This document shows, piece after piece, positions 15,201-27,906 of a stretch of DNA of 64,000 nt (position 1 is the first letter of the stretch; each line of letters begins with the position of its first letter). The notes beneath the pieces are model-generated. The model made no database searches and was not told the DNA's origin. It saw only the letters and a list, made by a program, of their open reading frames with translations. This DNA comes from Antedon mediterranea (taxonomy: Eukaryota; Animalia; Echinodermata), in assembly GCF_964355755.1 (NCBI RefSeq), contig NC_092670.1, positions 20,198,795-20,262,794 of the forward strand. The letters are read 5' to 3'. The position numbers were made by a program, and so were the translations under genes.

Positions 15201-18200
15201 TCAAACCGCTTGTGATTGCTAACTGTCTATAACTTCGCTTGTCATTGGTTAAAACGCTTGCGTTGCGTTTACGTCCTTGCGTCACGTTCTAGTGGGAACC
15301 AAGCTTTACTTTGCGTTACGTCGTTGTGTTGTGCCTACCGCACATAGATACATACGTTTTCATTGTGAACTTCTGGAGTGTTTCACATAGACTTAAGTTT
15401 CATACTAATATAAACTGCCAATCATAGTGATTCTGGTCTAACATCATAATAAGGTACTTAAGTATAACTACTTTAAATAATTGGGCAACATGTATGAATA
15501 GAATCAATTACTTATTGAAGTGAAATAGAATTGAGGATTACATGGGAAATTAACTGTTATAGTAGATTGTGTATTATTATTGTAGAACGGTAATTTAATG
15601 TTGAATTGACCTTGTTTTTCTACGTGTATAATGTTTCCCTATCATCTACCTTATGAATATTGCTTTTATTAATTTGGATAAAACTATCACTGTAAGAGTA
15701 GAGAACCTTGACTATATTGTATGTTTACTCCTTTAAGAGCAAAAAAAGATAATTTAATAAGGAATGAAAGTTTCCAATTCGAACAATAAAATAGTGTATT
15801 TCATTCTTCAAAGATGTATTGTCCCACAAAAACATGAAAAATTAAGATTAATAAAATCAGACTTTGATTATGCCATATTGTAGTTAAGTTAGGCCTAATC
15901 ACTTGCATAGAAAAAAAACTTCGATAAAATAATGCTTTAAATTGGACTATTTTGTTTTTTCGTGTAAATATTTTTTTTTTCGATCCAATTTTTTATCAAA
16001 GTGAATAACTATTATGTGGAAATGGCAAATTTTAGAGAGACAATATATATTTAAAATGTAGATATAGTCGTGAAGTATTTTCCAATTTTTTTTAACATTA
16101 TTATAGAATGTACTGAAGAAATAGTTGTGGAGACTAAAAATCTGTCCTTTTCTGATCAAGTAATTTATGCTGACGTCATAATGGAGCCTTGCACTAAACT
16201 TGAATGGAACATACAGGGAGAAGATAACTATGTTGATTTGAAAATCACTGAAATGAATACGGAAGGAGGTGATGAACAACAATGCACCAGCTATCTTCTT
16301 ATCAAAGAAAATAACTCTGAGATCGGACCAGTTTGCAATGACGTCATCCCATTTGTGAGATCCGTATCCAATAACGTTTCGATAACTTTAAGCGCGGGAT
16401 ACAAACGACAGTATCTTCACTTGTTAGTTACCTATATGCCAAATGGTAAGTAGGCCTATAGTTTGTCTGTGCTTCAGTGTCATGTCCCAAAGGGTATACT
16501 TAGCCTAAGGTCTATGTTTAGTCACACCGAGTCTCTATCCTCGTCAGAGGCTAGCATGATATTACTCTTCCATCTATAAGTTATTTAGTAATGATTAAAG
16601 AGTAAATATTCTGCTTTTGAGAAACAATTCGTTGTCTTTTTACTGTTTATAATTTTAAAGCAATAAAAAATCTTCAATATTTAAATCCCTATGTTATGAA
16701 AGAATTAAATTCATTTTCGCAGAATTACCTGGCTGCTACGCAACGACATATGGATCTCGGTTCGATTGTTTGCACCCGTCCGCCATCTTAGCGACATCTA
16801 ATTACCCCGGAGACTATTCACCCGGCAGCCGTTACACTTGGTACATTAAAATTCCATCAACGTCGAACTTTATTCAGCTTACCTTTATAGATTTCGATAT
16901 ACCAAGTGACGAGTTATGTCAGTCCGATAACCTCATTATATACAATGGTGATATCACTGATGAAGACAAAATTGGAAAGTTTTGTAACTATGAACGGCCG
17001 CCGAACGATGTTTTAAGTAGTCGCAACATAATAACGTTGGTGTTTTCCTCGGACGGCTCTGGAAGTGGTCGTGGATTCCAGGCGAAATACACTTCAGAAT
17101 CCGTTACGACCATTGGCGCCAATTTTAACTCCAGTAAGTAACATACTGTTTGAAACTAATCGGCCAACCAAATTGAGGTAGGCCTATTTGGATAGACTGT
17201 ACTATAAGTTCAAATGTTCTGTTTGAGATTGTTACGTTTTATATTACTAGCAAAGATGCCGACCCCAGGGTGGTTTTCAAGACAATTTCAATCATTGGTA
17301 CATTATATTCTATGGATCCGTGCAATGGTATAAATATGTATAACGATCAAACACACAAACACTCTCTATATGCCAAATATATATATAACTTTGAACAAAT
17401 TATAACTGTGGTCACATTTTTAAACTCATAATTAATCGTATTTCATACAACAATGAAATTTGAGCCGCCTTTTTTATGAACTACAGATACTTGATACGAT
17501 ATGAATATTGTGTTGGTTCCATGTGTATTTATTATACCTACCAGTAATTCTCTAAACTCACGTTCCACAGGTACATGTCGGCCAGAATGGGTACTGTATG
17601 ACTACGCATGCTATCAACGTTTTTTAAATCCAATAGTATTAACATGGACTGAAGCTATAACAGAATGCGAGCAAATTGGTTCCTATCTTGTGTTCGTTAA
17701 CAACAAGAAAGAAATGGAGTTTATTCATTATATGCTGATAAACTATTGGCTTTCGGAAGAAAGCGAAACATATATAGGTTCGTTTTGTAAGGGATTTTTT
17801 ATTGACCTTTGTGAATCCAATGTGCTCGGTTTTTTGCTTATTGATATGTTTACTTCAATTCTTTCTTTCCTAGGAGCATTGCCTAGGCCATTTATTATAC
17901 GTAGTCCATTGGCCCGAATACATCAATATAAATATTAACAATAAAATAAATTATGTGTGCGCTAAATAATTCTTCCTCTTTTTATAAGCAAAGTAAATGA
18001 ACTTCGCAAGGTTAAAATATAATATATTTTCTTTTACGTAATAAAGTTAAAGAAAGCTTGTTACTTAAAGCTTGGTTCCCACTAGAACGTAACGCAAGGA
18101 CGTAAACGCAACGCAGGCGTTTTAACCAATGACAAGCGAAGTTATAGACAGTTAAGCGTGGTTCCCACTAGCGACGCAACACAAGGACGTAACGCAACGC

Positions 18201-21200
18201 AAGTGAATTGACCAATCACAAGCGATGGCTTATTCGCTTGTGATTGCTAACTGTCTATAACTTCGCTTGTCATTGGTTAAAACGCTTGCGTTGCGTTTAC
18301 GTCCTTGCGTTACGTTCTAGTGGGAACCAAGCTTTAGCAATCACAAGCGAATAAGCCATCGCTTGTGATTGGTCAATTCACTTGCGTTGCGTTACGTCCT
18401 TGCGTTGCGTCGCTAGTGGGAACTACGCTTTAGTGTGATTACTATAGTAATAATGGTATTATTTGTAGGCTACCGTACTTATTTGTTTTCTCGAATTTGA
18501 TCAACAGCAAAACAAATTTGCCTCATGTTTCAATTATTAATTACAGTAACTGTTTTAATTTGTAGGACTGTCGCACCGATTGAGTAATGATGGTGTTTAT
18601 ACTTGGAGTAACGGAAGCCCTCTAAGCTACTCGGCATGGTACAAGAGCGATGGGTAAAGCCATAACAATATTTAACAATAAACCATTTTGCAATAAATTA
18701 TAATAAGATAATACTGTAATTACTGAATTTATTGGCTTTTTAGAAAAGAAAATGTAGTATCAAACGAACCAAAACCAGGAAACTTGGAACAGTGTACATT
18801 AATTAAATTGGAAACATTCCATTCTCTTCAACAATGGAAAGAGGTGGCTTGCGAGTTCCCCACGACATCACAATACATCTGCAAGTATCAACTCGGTAAA
18901 GTAACAAGGCCATATTCATGACTGCAGTCGCGTGTTCAAATTTGAGTTAGTTTTTACCGACCAACCGACCGTTTGCACGCGACTAAAAATCGTACATCCC
19001 TGCCAAACATGGCTGACTCGTCTTGACTTGTTGCATGCGTAGTATAGTAGTACAGTAGTAGTAAAACTTTTGATATAATTTTATACCGTTTAATTCTCTG
19101 TCTGCAATATCAAACTTTGTGACAAAATTGTGATGTGCCCATATATGGACATGATGATGTCATACAGTTTAATGCTCTGTCTACAATATCAATTGTTTTG
19201 TGACAAAAATACGTGATGATGTTATACGGTACCACTACCATTATTTGGGTATATTACTACCATATTTGGGCTCATCACACTGTTTTGTCAAACTAGTTTG
19301 ATAGTGTAGACAGAGCTTAACATCTTATAAAGTACCACCTCACATAATACAAATCAATTTAATTGTCTCAATACTTTTTTACTGTAATATGGTGATTATT
19401 TCAAGCAATGTTATTTTCACAGAGAACGCTATGTGGAGTAACTCAACAGTAGGTATGCATGAGAATTCATTTCAAGGTGATTATGTAATTTTATATTTTA
19501 TAAACAGATTGTAATTACCAACGGGATTGAAACTTAATCTATCAATGAATAATTAATAAACGTGGTTATTTAAAGATTTATGTTGTTATGTTATTTAACA
19601 TGAAAATGAAGATTAATAAAAAATGACTTTCAATAGGCCATTTCGCAGTTTTAATCAAGTTAATCTCTTCTGTAGAAAAAAAAATGCTTTTACTTACTTA
19701 CTTAAAACAAAATAAACGGTTAAATGCAACAAAAAACCATTGATTTCCAGTCTATTTTACCATTTTTTTGGCTCTAAATTACAGTTTTTTCTGGTAAATA
19801 ATTGTTGGTCAAAGTGTATAAATACTATGTGACATTAAAATAGCATTTATTTAACAAAAACAGTTTAAAACGTTTTTTTTCAAGGAGACAATATATCGAT
19901 AATATAGATCAGATAAGGGAACTTTATATCTTTAAATATTATTATTAAACGGGTTATGATTAAATACACCTGTCTTTAAATGTATTACAGCACATACAGT
20001 AACACATATCCATACGGATGTTGTTCATAGGCCTGCAGCAAAATTCGTTTTGTTAATTAGATATTTCTTAATTTGAATACATTTATCTCTGATTTTGGCA
20101 TTTTTATGTTTTCCCTTATGTAAATTGAAACTCAATTCAGCGTTTTGTTGCTGCTTTATTTTAATATTGTTGGAACTTGAAAAAATACCAGTACAAAACG
20201 ACGAAATACATCACATGATATATCACATGTTATGATGCATAAAAAGATCAAATGGTACATCACAGGATACATCACATGTTATGATAAATGACGGACAGTT
20301 TTTTTCCAGAGAGATGTTATTTTATTTTATTTATTTTTATTTTCAATATTTTGACATTCAGAAACAAAAAAGTTGAACAGGGATGTCGAGGTAAAGCAAA
20401 AGTTTTAAAAATAGCATGAAATGAAAGATGTGCTTAACCAAACCCACGTCAACAATACATAAACAAACAAAATTCAATACATAACAAAACATAAAACAAA
20501 TAAAATATTGTGCAAAAATTACATTAGAGATAGATTATAAAAATAGATGTTATAAGCCTTCGGCTATAAAATCTTTGGTTTTTTCTCAAAGCCTTCTGCA
20601 AAATTAAACCTTTTTCAATACGAGTTTTGCCTGTCAATTTGATTATGTACACAACTAGGCCTATATTCATATTAAACAAAAGCAGCACATTATTAATAAT
20701 GATTTATTAAACATTTTTTTAAAGAATGCCATAGCAACGACTTTCAGTGTGATAACGAAGAATGTATACATGAAATATTTGTTTGCGATGGAACAGAAGA
20801 TTGTAAAGATGGAAGTGACGAGATGAATTGCAAAGGTAAAGTAGCAATTATAATTAACAGCTTTCAGCAGTGACATCATCCTTGTATAATTACATTAAAT
20901 AAGCTGTTTTTAATTTAGTAAATGTACTATTGATCAGTAGTTATGTAACTATAGAATTTTAATCATAACACCATGGTGAAGGAATACCAATATGTAGGAT
21001 TACCATTTCATTGGAAATGTGATTGTTGTTGTTCGTTGTTCGACACTGTGTAATCATATTAAACGCACTTTTGAGAGACACGATGTATTTTAATTAAACT
21101 TTGCCAATGTAAACCCACATTTATTCACCTTTTCCATTACTTTCATTATATTATTGTACTTACATACAACAGTATACAATAGTATTATACATTCAAACGC

Positions 21201-24200
21201 ATTATTTGGCTCTCCACACCTTTAAAAACTACGCAATGTCTACTGCGAGTATTACTTATTGATTGTTATATCAGAACAATAAATTATCTACAATATTAGT
21301 ACATTCTCTTAGATGTTATTTCCTGTATAACTGATAACATTAACAGATAACATTTATTTAGATAATAATGAATGAAAATATACAAATAGATAAAAGATAT
21401 TAAAGTGAACATAGATAAAGTAGTAATTGGTAGTCATTATTTTCATGGATTCCTTCTAGAAGTTAAAAACTTGTCTCGCAGGGACCCACAACAAAACACA
21501 TTACTAAAAAATTAAAAATAAACCTAGAGTATATAATTATATAATTAAGGATAAAAATTACAGTATAATAACCTTAATAACACCTGTACAGGTTTATCAT
21601 TGATTGTCTACCGAAATATGTCAGTAATTGTAAAATACTTTTTCAGCTACAAATTAAATAATTGTCATAGGTTAGCCGTTTTTCTTTTTTTTTTCTATCT
21701 TTTGTGGTTCACCACCACCTTTATTTATTCAATGTTTCATTACATAATTTATAAACATTTTCTACCTTTTTTCATTATTTTCTGTTTTTTTTAGTATCGT
21801 ACCATTATACAAAGTATTTACTTCTTAACATTCTTTTTTCTGTTAAATCCTCTACTGTATTTACAATAACCAATTGTATATTAATTAAAATACTTAACTA
21901 CATACATCAAATGCATTGTTTGGTGTACTACTAACCTGTACACCCACATAGTGTACACACATGTAAATACACACATTCATTTATCTATATAATTTTCACA
22001 AATTAAACATTAATACAATTAATACAAATGTTTTATAGATTCATGTGAGCAAGGTGGCTTCTTATGTAAAGATGGCCGATGCATATCTGTATCATTTGTT
22101 TGTGATTTCATTTCACACTGTAGAGATCTGTCAGATGAAATTGATTGCTGTAAGTTTAAATATGTACACATTGTAGAATTAGAAAGGAGTACGGGGCGCC
22201 ATTTACACATATTTAAAGTATGTTGTAAAAAGTCATTGAACGCTTCTGTCATTTTGTTGATACATGGACGATTTTCAGCAAGTCTTGTTTATGATTGGGT
22301 CCCCCACTAGAACGCAACGCAAGTAACTTGACCAATCACAAGTGATAGATTATTCGAACTGTCGCTTATCATTCGTCAACTCACCTGCATTGCGCTTACG
22401 TCATTTTTTGAACCAAGCATTAGCGTCAACAAGTTACACGTCACCCGCGTATGGTGTATCGTGATGTTACATTGGCTCCCCATAGATGTATCGGTGTCCT
22501 AATGTTAAAGTTTAGCAAATATAACTTGAATATTATTTAAATTGTGTTTTCTCTAAAGATCATCCTAACTGCTCAGTGGGCCAGTATACATGCGACAATG
22601 GTCAGTGCATAGATATGTACATGCGCTGTGATCTACTTATACAATGTGAAGATTCGTCAGATGAAATGGAATGTGGTGCGTTTCTATCAAAACTTTATTT
22701 TTAAAACTTAATTTAATTTTTATTAATCCCGACTCTTTGTCCGAACATGTTTGAAATATACCAATGTTTATAAACATCATTACTACTGTATGAATAGGTC
22801 TATTCACTTGTATGCAACATTTGCACAAATTATGTAAATATATTAGATTATTCACTTTGTTAGATGTATGTTCATCCGGGTTCCAGTGCTATGATGGCTC
22901 CTGTTTACCATCGCGAGCCGTTTGTGACGCCACCAACGACTGTCCTGGTGGGATAGTGGAGGACGAGATAAATTGTGGTAATTATACCAAATACAAAAAC
23001 ATATTGTGAATTTAATTTCATATAATCATACATAACTTTATTTAATAATACAAATTATAAGATAATATTACTCTGAAAGATGTATTAAATTATATTTAAA
23101 GATTATTGGGGAAACAACACATGTTCAAAGAATGAGATGACGTGTAAAAATAATGAATGTTCACCAAAACGCTACAGATGTATCTTTGACCCTGATGAAT
23201 ATCACATACAAAAAGGATGTAGAGATGTATCACATCTCGAAGACTGTGGTAAGTTAATATTTGTAAAGCTCTGTCTACACTATCAAACTGTATGTGACTA
23301 AAATAATATGTTGTTTCCCTATATGGACACGAAGACGTCATACCACTAGTTAGACATCATCACACTTTTTTTGGTCAAATTAGTTTGTTAGTCGTATGTG
23401 TAGACAGAGCTTAAGAATCCACACCAGATCATTCATCAGCAATGTTCATTTATTAATAAAACTATTAGCATTATAAAAGTAATTAATGTTTTTAGGATTG
23501 GTAAAAAAAAAGGTACTGAACTTTATTTATGTTTTAACCATCGATAGAACACTTTGAATGTCCAAAGAACACGGTCAAATGTCCGGCAAGTTACTGCATA
23601 GCGGAAAGATTACGTTGCAACAGTGTATGGGAGTGTCCGAATGGCGAGGACGAACAGGACTGTGGTAATGATAACGGTTTTAAAATTGATTGTTCCATCT
23701 TGTCTTAGTGTCGCAGGTTGTTAATAAAGTATTCCTTTATTATTTCCTTTATAGATATGAAACGCCATGTGCGCATAAGTACATAGAGATTCATTCCCAT
23801 TCATTTTCACATATATGTGAAATTGGTTTAGATAACTGTGTATGCTTTAGACACCTTTCTATTGTTTCTCAAAAGTTAAATATTACTTGTACAAATTGTT
23901 TAAAATTGTATTTATTTATATCTTTAGTTTCATATACCTGTCCTGGTTCATATAAGTGTAGTCATTCAGAAATATGTGTACCACGTGACGATAGATGTAA
24001 TGGCGTCAAAGACTGTCCTGAAGGCGATGACGAATTTTTCTGTGGTAAATATAGTTCAGTTAAACTTGAAAAATGTTTTTCTTTACTCAAACCAATCTCA
24101 TGTTTGTGTTGTCTCTTCCATTTGTCTTAACTAATATCCTAGCCAGACATTAGTTAATTTAAGTAGGCCTACCATACATTTTTTCAACGTCTGCGGTTTT

Positions 24201-27200
24201 CCTTCAGGAAATGAATGTCCAAATGGCTGTTCTTGTAGAGGGTTGGAGATGGAATGCAACGGTATTGCCTGGAACCAGACGATGGCATCAAGTATATCAA
24301 CTTCAACACGATATTTGTAAGTATGTTTCACCAAATAAAATTGATAGGGTCTACTAAAATCAGATTACTGATGTAAACTATAAGCTGAGAGACTGGTTGG
24401 TTAGAAGTTTCAGTGCGTATTCAAAAATTGCCTTCTACCATTTTCAAGCTTAGCACTGATATAATGGCCAGTTAAAAGTGCCTACAACATACCAGGACTA
24501 TACTAAAAATACGAATATGCCTGCATGTCTTGTCGATCAATTCATTCATTCATGTATTATTCATTGCAGAAATCTGACAGGTCTCAGAACAGTTACACCA
24601 GTGACCCGGAGGTCAAATAGAAAAGTGACGCTAAAAGAGGCTGTACTTATCGATATTGAACTATTCGCACTACTTGTAACGGCGTAAGTTCTTCAGAAAA
24701 GAAGATCGGCCTATAGCCACTACCGTTTTATACGTTTCTATAGATCAAACTCTCTTGGTGTTTTGATTAAGGTACTCTGATATACAAATCTATTATATGC
24801 ACTCCTCATAATTGTTTTTTTAATTTAGGGACTTTTCAAATGATGGTATCGAAGAATTGTTACCTTATACATTTGGGTATCAAGCAAACATGAGAAGCCT
24901 GTAAGTAGTTTATTAAATCTTAGATTTTTTACTATTTAGTTTATGACATAACCAATGCTTTTTTCCATTTATCTTTTACTTTTCTTGAATTCAAAGGATA
25001 TTGACGAACAACGATATAACACATCTACCATATGGTGCATTTTATGGATTAAATAGTCTTGAAATCTTGTAAGTATCAATCGGTCAAAACTTGCAATCTT
25101 ATTCTCTTTACTTGCATTTTCCTTCTCTCACTTCCAAACATATAAGTCTGGAAATTACGTATGGCTATGTAACAAATCAGTGGTTTATATTTTTCAGATA
25201 CATCAATGGCAATGGTTTAATATCCATAGATTCTGGTGTATTTCTTGTTATTTCGGAACTACAGTATTTGTAAGTTAAACATACGGGGCGCCGTTCACGG
25301 CATTGTAAATTATGTTGATAGACCAGTAGTATTGTTTCAGTTTTTTCAAATGACTTAATATTTCTTTACTTTAGATATATACAAAAGAATGAATTAGAAA
25401 CGTATGAAGAAGACGTATTTGACGGTTTGGACAAATTAAAATCTTTGTAAGTGTTGAAACTATATTGTATATTGCTCTATGCCTAGAATATGTTGTTCCC
25501 TTCAGAAACAACTTGTAGGATCTGCACTGATCTAGTTAAAGATAGGTAATGTGTTGCTAAAAGTAAAATTAAATTGTTGATATACAAACTAGTTTGACAA
25601 AAAAATGTGATGTGCCCAAATATAGTAGTGATATGTCATCATGTCTATATATGGTCGCATCACTTTTTTTTTACATAAAGTTTGATAGTGTATACATAAT
25701 TTTATACTGTATCACATATTGATTTCGCCTTGCAAATCTTCAAACAATTTAAAATAAAATTCTCATTCTTTTTTGTTTTCTTCCATAGCACATCGGACGA
25801 TTTTCTTTTCTGTTGCTTTGTGGGTGATATCGAACACTGTGATCCTGCGGCTGATCAATTCTCCTCTTGTGAAGATCTCATGAAAAACGAAGTTTTACGA
25901 GTTCTTATGTGGATACTAGGAATAAGCGCCCTCCTAGGAAACACCATTGTCATCATTTGGCGCTTGTATTCCAAAGACTACCGCAATGTTCAGTCCATCC
26001 TTATCACAAATCTGGCCGCTTCTGATTTTTTAATGGGTCTTTACATGATAATAATCGCGGGAGCTGATTTATATTATAGAGGTCGTTACGCGCGGTTTGC
26101 AGACGATTGGAAAACAAGTTTTCTTTGTAGTTTCGCCGGTTCATTATCAACATTATCTAGTGAATTCTCCGTTTTTATTTTAGTTGTTATGAGTATTGAT
26201 CGTGCCATTTCTGTTGCATTTCCTTTTAGTACATACCGGTTAAATCGTAAGAGGTGTATGAATTTACTTGTAGTTTCTTGGCTTATAGCAATCATCATCA
26301 GTTTCTTGCCGATGTTTAACATACCGTATTTTGGTGATAATTACTATGGAAGGCCCAGTGTTTGTCTGGCACTGCCGCTAACCGGAGACAGACTGCCAGG
26401 ATGGGAGTACGCCATAGCCGTATTCCTAGCATTCAACCTGTTTGGATTTTTCATCATTGCAATAAGTTATATTTACATTTATATCTGTGTAAAACGAGCA
26501 GCAGCATCGGTGAATAAAAGACAGGCCAGTTCTAACGAGTTGAAGATGGCAACAAAAATGGCAGTGATTGTCTTCACGGACTTCTGCTGCTGGTTCCCAA
26601 TCATCCTGATGGGTATTGTGGCGCAGACTGGAGCGTGGCAGATCCCTGTGGATATCTACGTCTGGTCGGCAACATTGATTATGCCCATAAACTCCTCCAT
26701 TAATCCGTATCTGTATACTATTCCATACATTGGTGAGGCAAGGAGGAGGCGACGCATGAAAAGGCATGGTAAATCTATACATATGAACACTGAATCTAGA
26801 AGTAAGTACCTTGATTTTCTTTCGGGTTTTCGATGAAAAGACGCCCTTTCTCGTCACATGGAGATGATACACCGGGTTTGCCATCACTAGAGTCAGGAGT
26901 ATAAACAAACGAGGATGATTAATCGGTAGACCACCTCACCTTAAGGCCAACTCCTTACGACAGCATCGTACGATGAGGCCCGGCGAAACGTCTTGACTCG
27001 TCGGTGTCTGAGTTGAATCCCAACGAGACGATTCGTCTTGAGATAGCGTCGGACGTAGTTTTTAGGTCGCCGGGAGAACTTTAAACATGTTTAACTTTCT
27101 CCCGTCGAGACGACTCGTCGGGCCTCGTCGCACGACACTGTCTGAGTTGGCCTTGCAAAGCAACACCCAGATGATACGTGACAAACTTTTCCAACATCAT

Positions 27201-27906
27201 GTCTGACGTCAGCCGATATTTGTCACAAGATCAAAAATTTTATTTACATTATTGTAAAAACCCACCTTTACCAAACAAAACAATATCCTGGAATAATTCA
27301 GCACTTCTCAAAAATGCTTAAAACAGATGATAATTAATGATGACGCCATTTTGTTTACAATTACAGGTTTAGATTTAACACCATTGGAGAAGATTAGACT
27401 GGATGTTGAAAGGAACCGGATTCTTCCGATGCTAAGCGTTGGAACGTCTCGTCCTTATCAGTTGTCAGCAATTCTTGATAACCACGCCAAGAAAGTAGCG
27501 GCAAACGCGACAAAGCATCATGTATTCACGGAAAGAGAAGTTAATCAGATAGAAAACGATTTAACAAAAGCTTTGCTGTTTCTACATCGAAATAAAATGT
27601 TGCATGGTGATGTTTCCGAAGATTATATCATCGTATATTCAGAGTCGGTAAGTCGGTCAGCTCTGTGTTACGCCATTGTGTTGTATTTAAGATTATAAAC
27701 TGCCCAACCAAAATAGTTTAATAAGTCATTATTTATATTTTGTTTTCATCTACTAGGACGGCAAACGAGCTTTTCTAATCGACACCCCAACACTCTCGAT
27801 TGATTCTACTGAAGAAGATACGCTACGTTGTCAGCAAGAATTAGACCAACTCAAGAATGTTATGAACTCTTTACGAGTGTCGAAAAAACATCAAAATGGT
27901 TTATAA
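299..27906 (+). CDS. Giant mosaic LGR type-C (GRL101-like) GPCR, about 40 exons, 5' end upstream of the window
   Basis: Frame-compatible spliced exons. S/T-rich 299-436; kringle 1165-1422; CUB 2714-2811/3102-3226/3713-3834; F-type lectin 4971-5099/5623-5709/5949-6164; Cys-rich 6957-7076; LDLa 8667-8774, 10832-10948, 11498-11605, 12236-12322; CTLD 12482-12663/12972-13053/13419-13556; SRCR 13966-14274, 14549-14866; CUB 16107-16445, 16723-17133; CTLD 17571-17777/18566-18653/18744-18895; linker ~19423-19476; LDLa 20725-20835, 22039-22149, 22559-22675, 22864-22977, 23102-23248, 23548-23664, 23928-24044; LRRNT 24208-24316; LRR 24570-24683, 24829-24900, 24997-25068, 25198-25269, 25375-25446; hinge+7TM 25789-26801; tail 27367-27647, 27757-27906 (TAA). 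Confidence 0.85.
1165..1422 (+). CDS. Kringle-domain exon of the mosaic GPCR
   Basis: [17 protein letters not shown]...HNYCRNP...[14 protein letters not shown]; phase-1 AG/GT borders. Confidence 0.95.
1816..1960 (-). mobile_element. 3' UTR of a related LINE in opposite orientation
   Basis: Reverse complement GGGGATCCCTATGGAAACAAGCC..AAGGGTAATCCCCTGC resembles 2365-2412; (TTAC)n tail. Confidence 0.6.
1961..2552 (+). mobile_element. 5'-truncated CR1/L2-group LINE 3' end
   Basis: ORF2 C-terminus (H.HNTRG..F.Y....LWNSLP..IK), structured 3' UTR, (AAAC)n tail. Confidence 0.8.
4971..6164 (+). CDS. F-type lectin (fucolectin-like) domain, 3 exons
   Basis: [43 protein letters not shown]; first intron has a GC donor. 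Confidence 0.9.
5159..5327. mobile_element. hAT-like MITE with 6-bp TSD
   Basis: CAGGGCCGTAG...CTACGGCCTTG flanked by TCTAGG on both sides. Confidence 0.65.
7474..7563. repeat. Two-copy ~46-bp CA-rich tandem duplication
   Basis: TACACACAACATACACC..ATACACACACACGCACACATTAAATT occurs twice. Confidence 0.8.
9429..10660. mobile_element. Kolobok-like MITE(s), nested
   Basis: TTAA-A(A/G)(G/A)TGTATTGTCCCCC...GGGGGACAATACATCT-TTAA ends; inner short copy ~9605-9718; relatives near 11137-11425, 15810 and 19600-19890. Confidence 0.65.
9762..10552 (+). mobile_element. DINE-1/Helentron-like (HINE) non-autonomous element with duplicated head
   Basis: T-run, short hairpin (GTCGCG..CGCGAC), ACTATAGTTCACTAT and (GTCG/GTCT)n microsatellite; head repeated at 10458-10552; short relative on the minus strand at 18925-18990. 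Confidence 0.6.
11777..11975. mobile_element. MITE family C, truncated copy
   Basis: Highly similar to 26945-27152 (GGCCAACTC..GCATCGTACGA.GAGGCCCG). Confidence 0.7.
12482..13556 (+). CDS. C-type lectin domain 1 (QPD/WND), 3 exons
   Basis: CPSAY..FKGSCY; AQDYC..GGYLV; WIGIND; WNPGQPDN; WNDIPC; VCE. Confidence 0.92.
13966..14866 (+). CDS. Two single-exon SRCR domains
   Basis: VRLVGG..GFVEI..WGTIC..VVCNQL and VRLVGG..GFVEV..WGSIC..VICKGLG. Confidence 0.93.
18068..18430. mobile_element. Harbinger-like MITE family B, one copy nested inside another
   Basis: TIR AGC(T/G)TGGTTCCCACTAG...CTAGTGGGAACCA(A/C)GCT; inner copy ~18155-18333. Other copies ~6661, 14887, 15098, 22295, 45136, 48500, 54230. 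Confidence 0.85.
25789..26801 (+). CDS. LGR type-C hinge plus rhodopsin-class 7TM exon
   Basis: [16 protein letters not shown] hinge; GN in TM1, [29 protein letters not shown]. Confidence 0.97.
26945..27152. mobile_element. MITE family C (Harbinger-like)
   Basis: TIR GGCCAACTC...GAGTTGGCC with internal inverted repeats. Confidence 0.7.
27367..27906 (+). CDS. Cytoplasmic tail exons with a truncated protein-kinase-like segment
   Basis: Phase-compatible with the 7TM exon donor at 26802; [37 protein letters not shown]|DGKRAFLID. Confidence 0.7.

Noticed and set aside
13972-26908. Antisense ORFs overlapping GPCR exons (13972, 14677, 15947, 26086, 26426)
   Set aside because: Shadows of plus-strand coding exons with no independent domain signal.
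27367-27698. Kinase-like exon as a piece of the neighbouring MKK4 gene
   Set aside because: MKK4 is complete by itself 10 kb downstream and its sequence (HRDVKPSN) differs; this exon is in phase with the GPCR.
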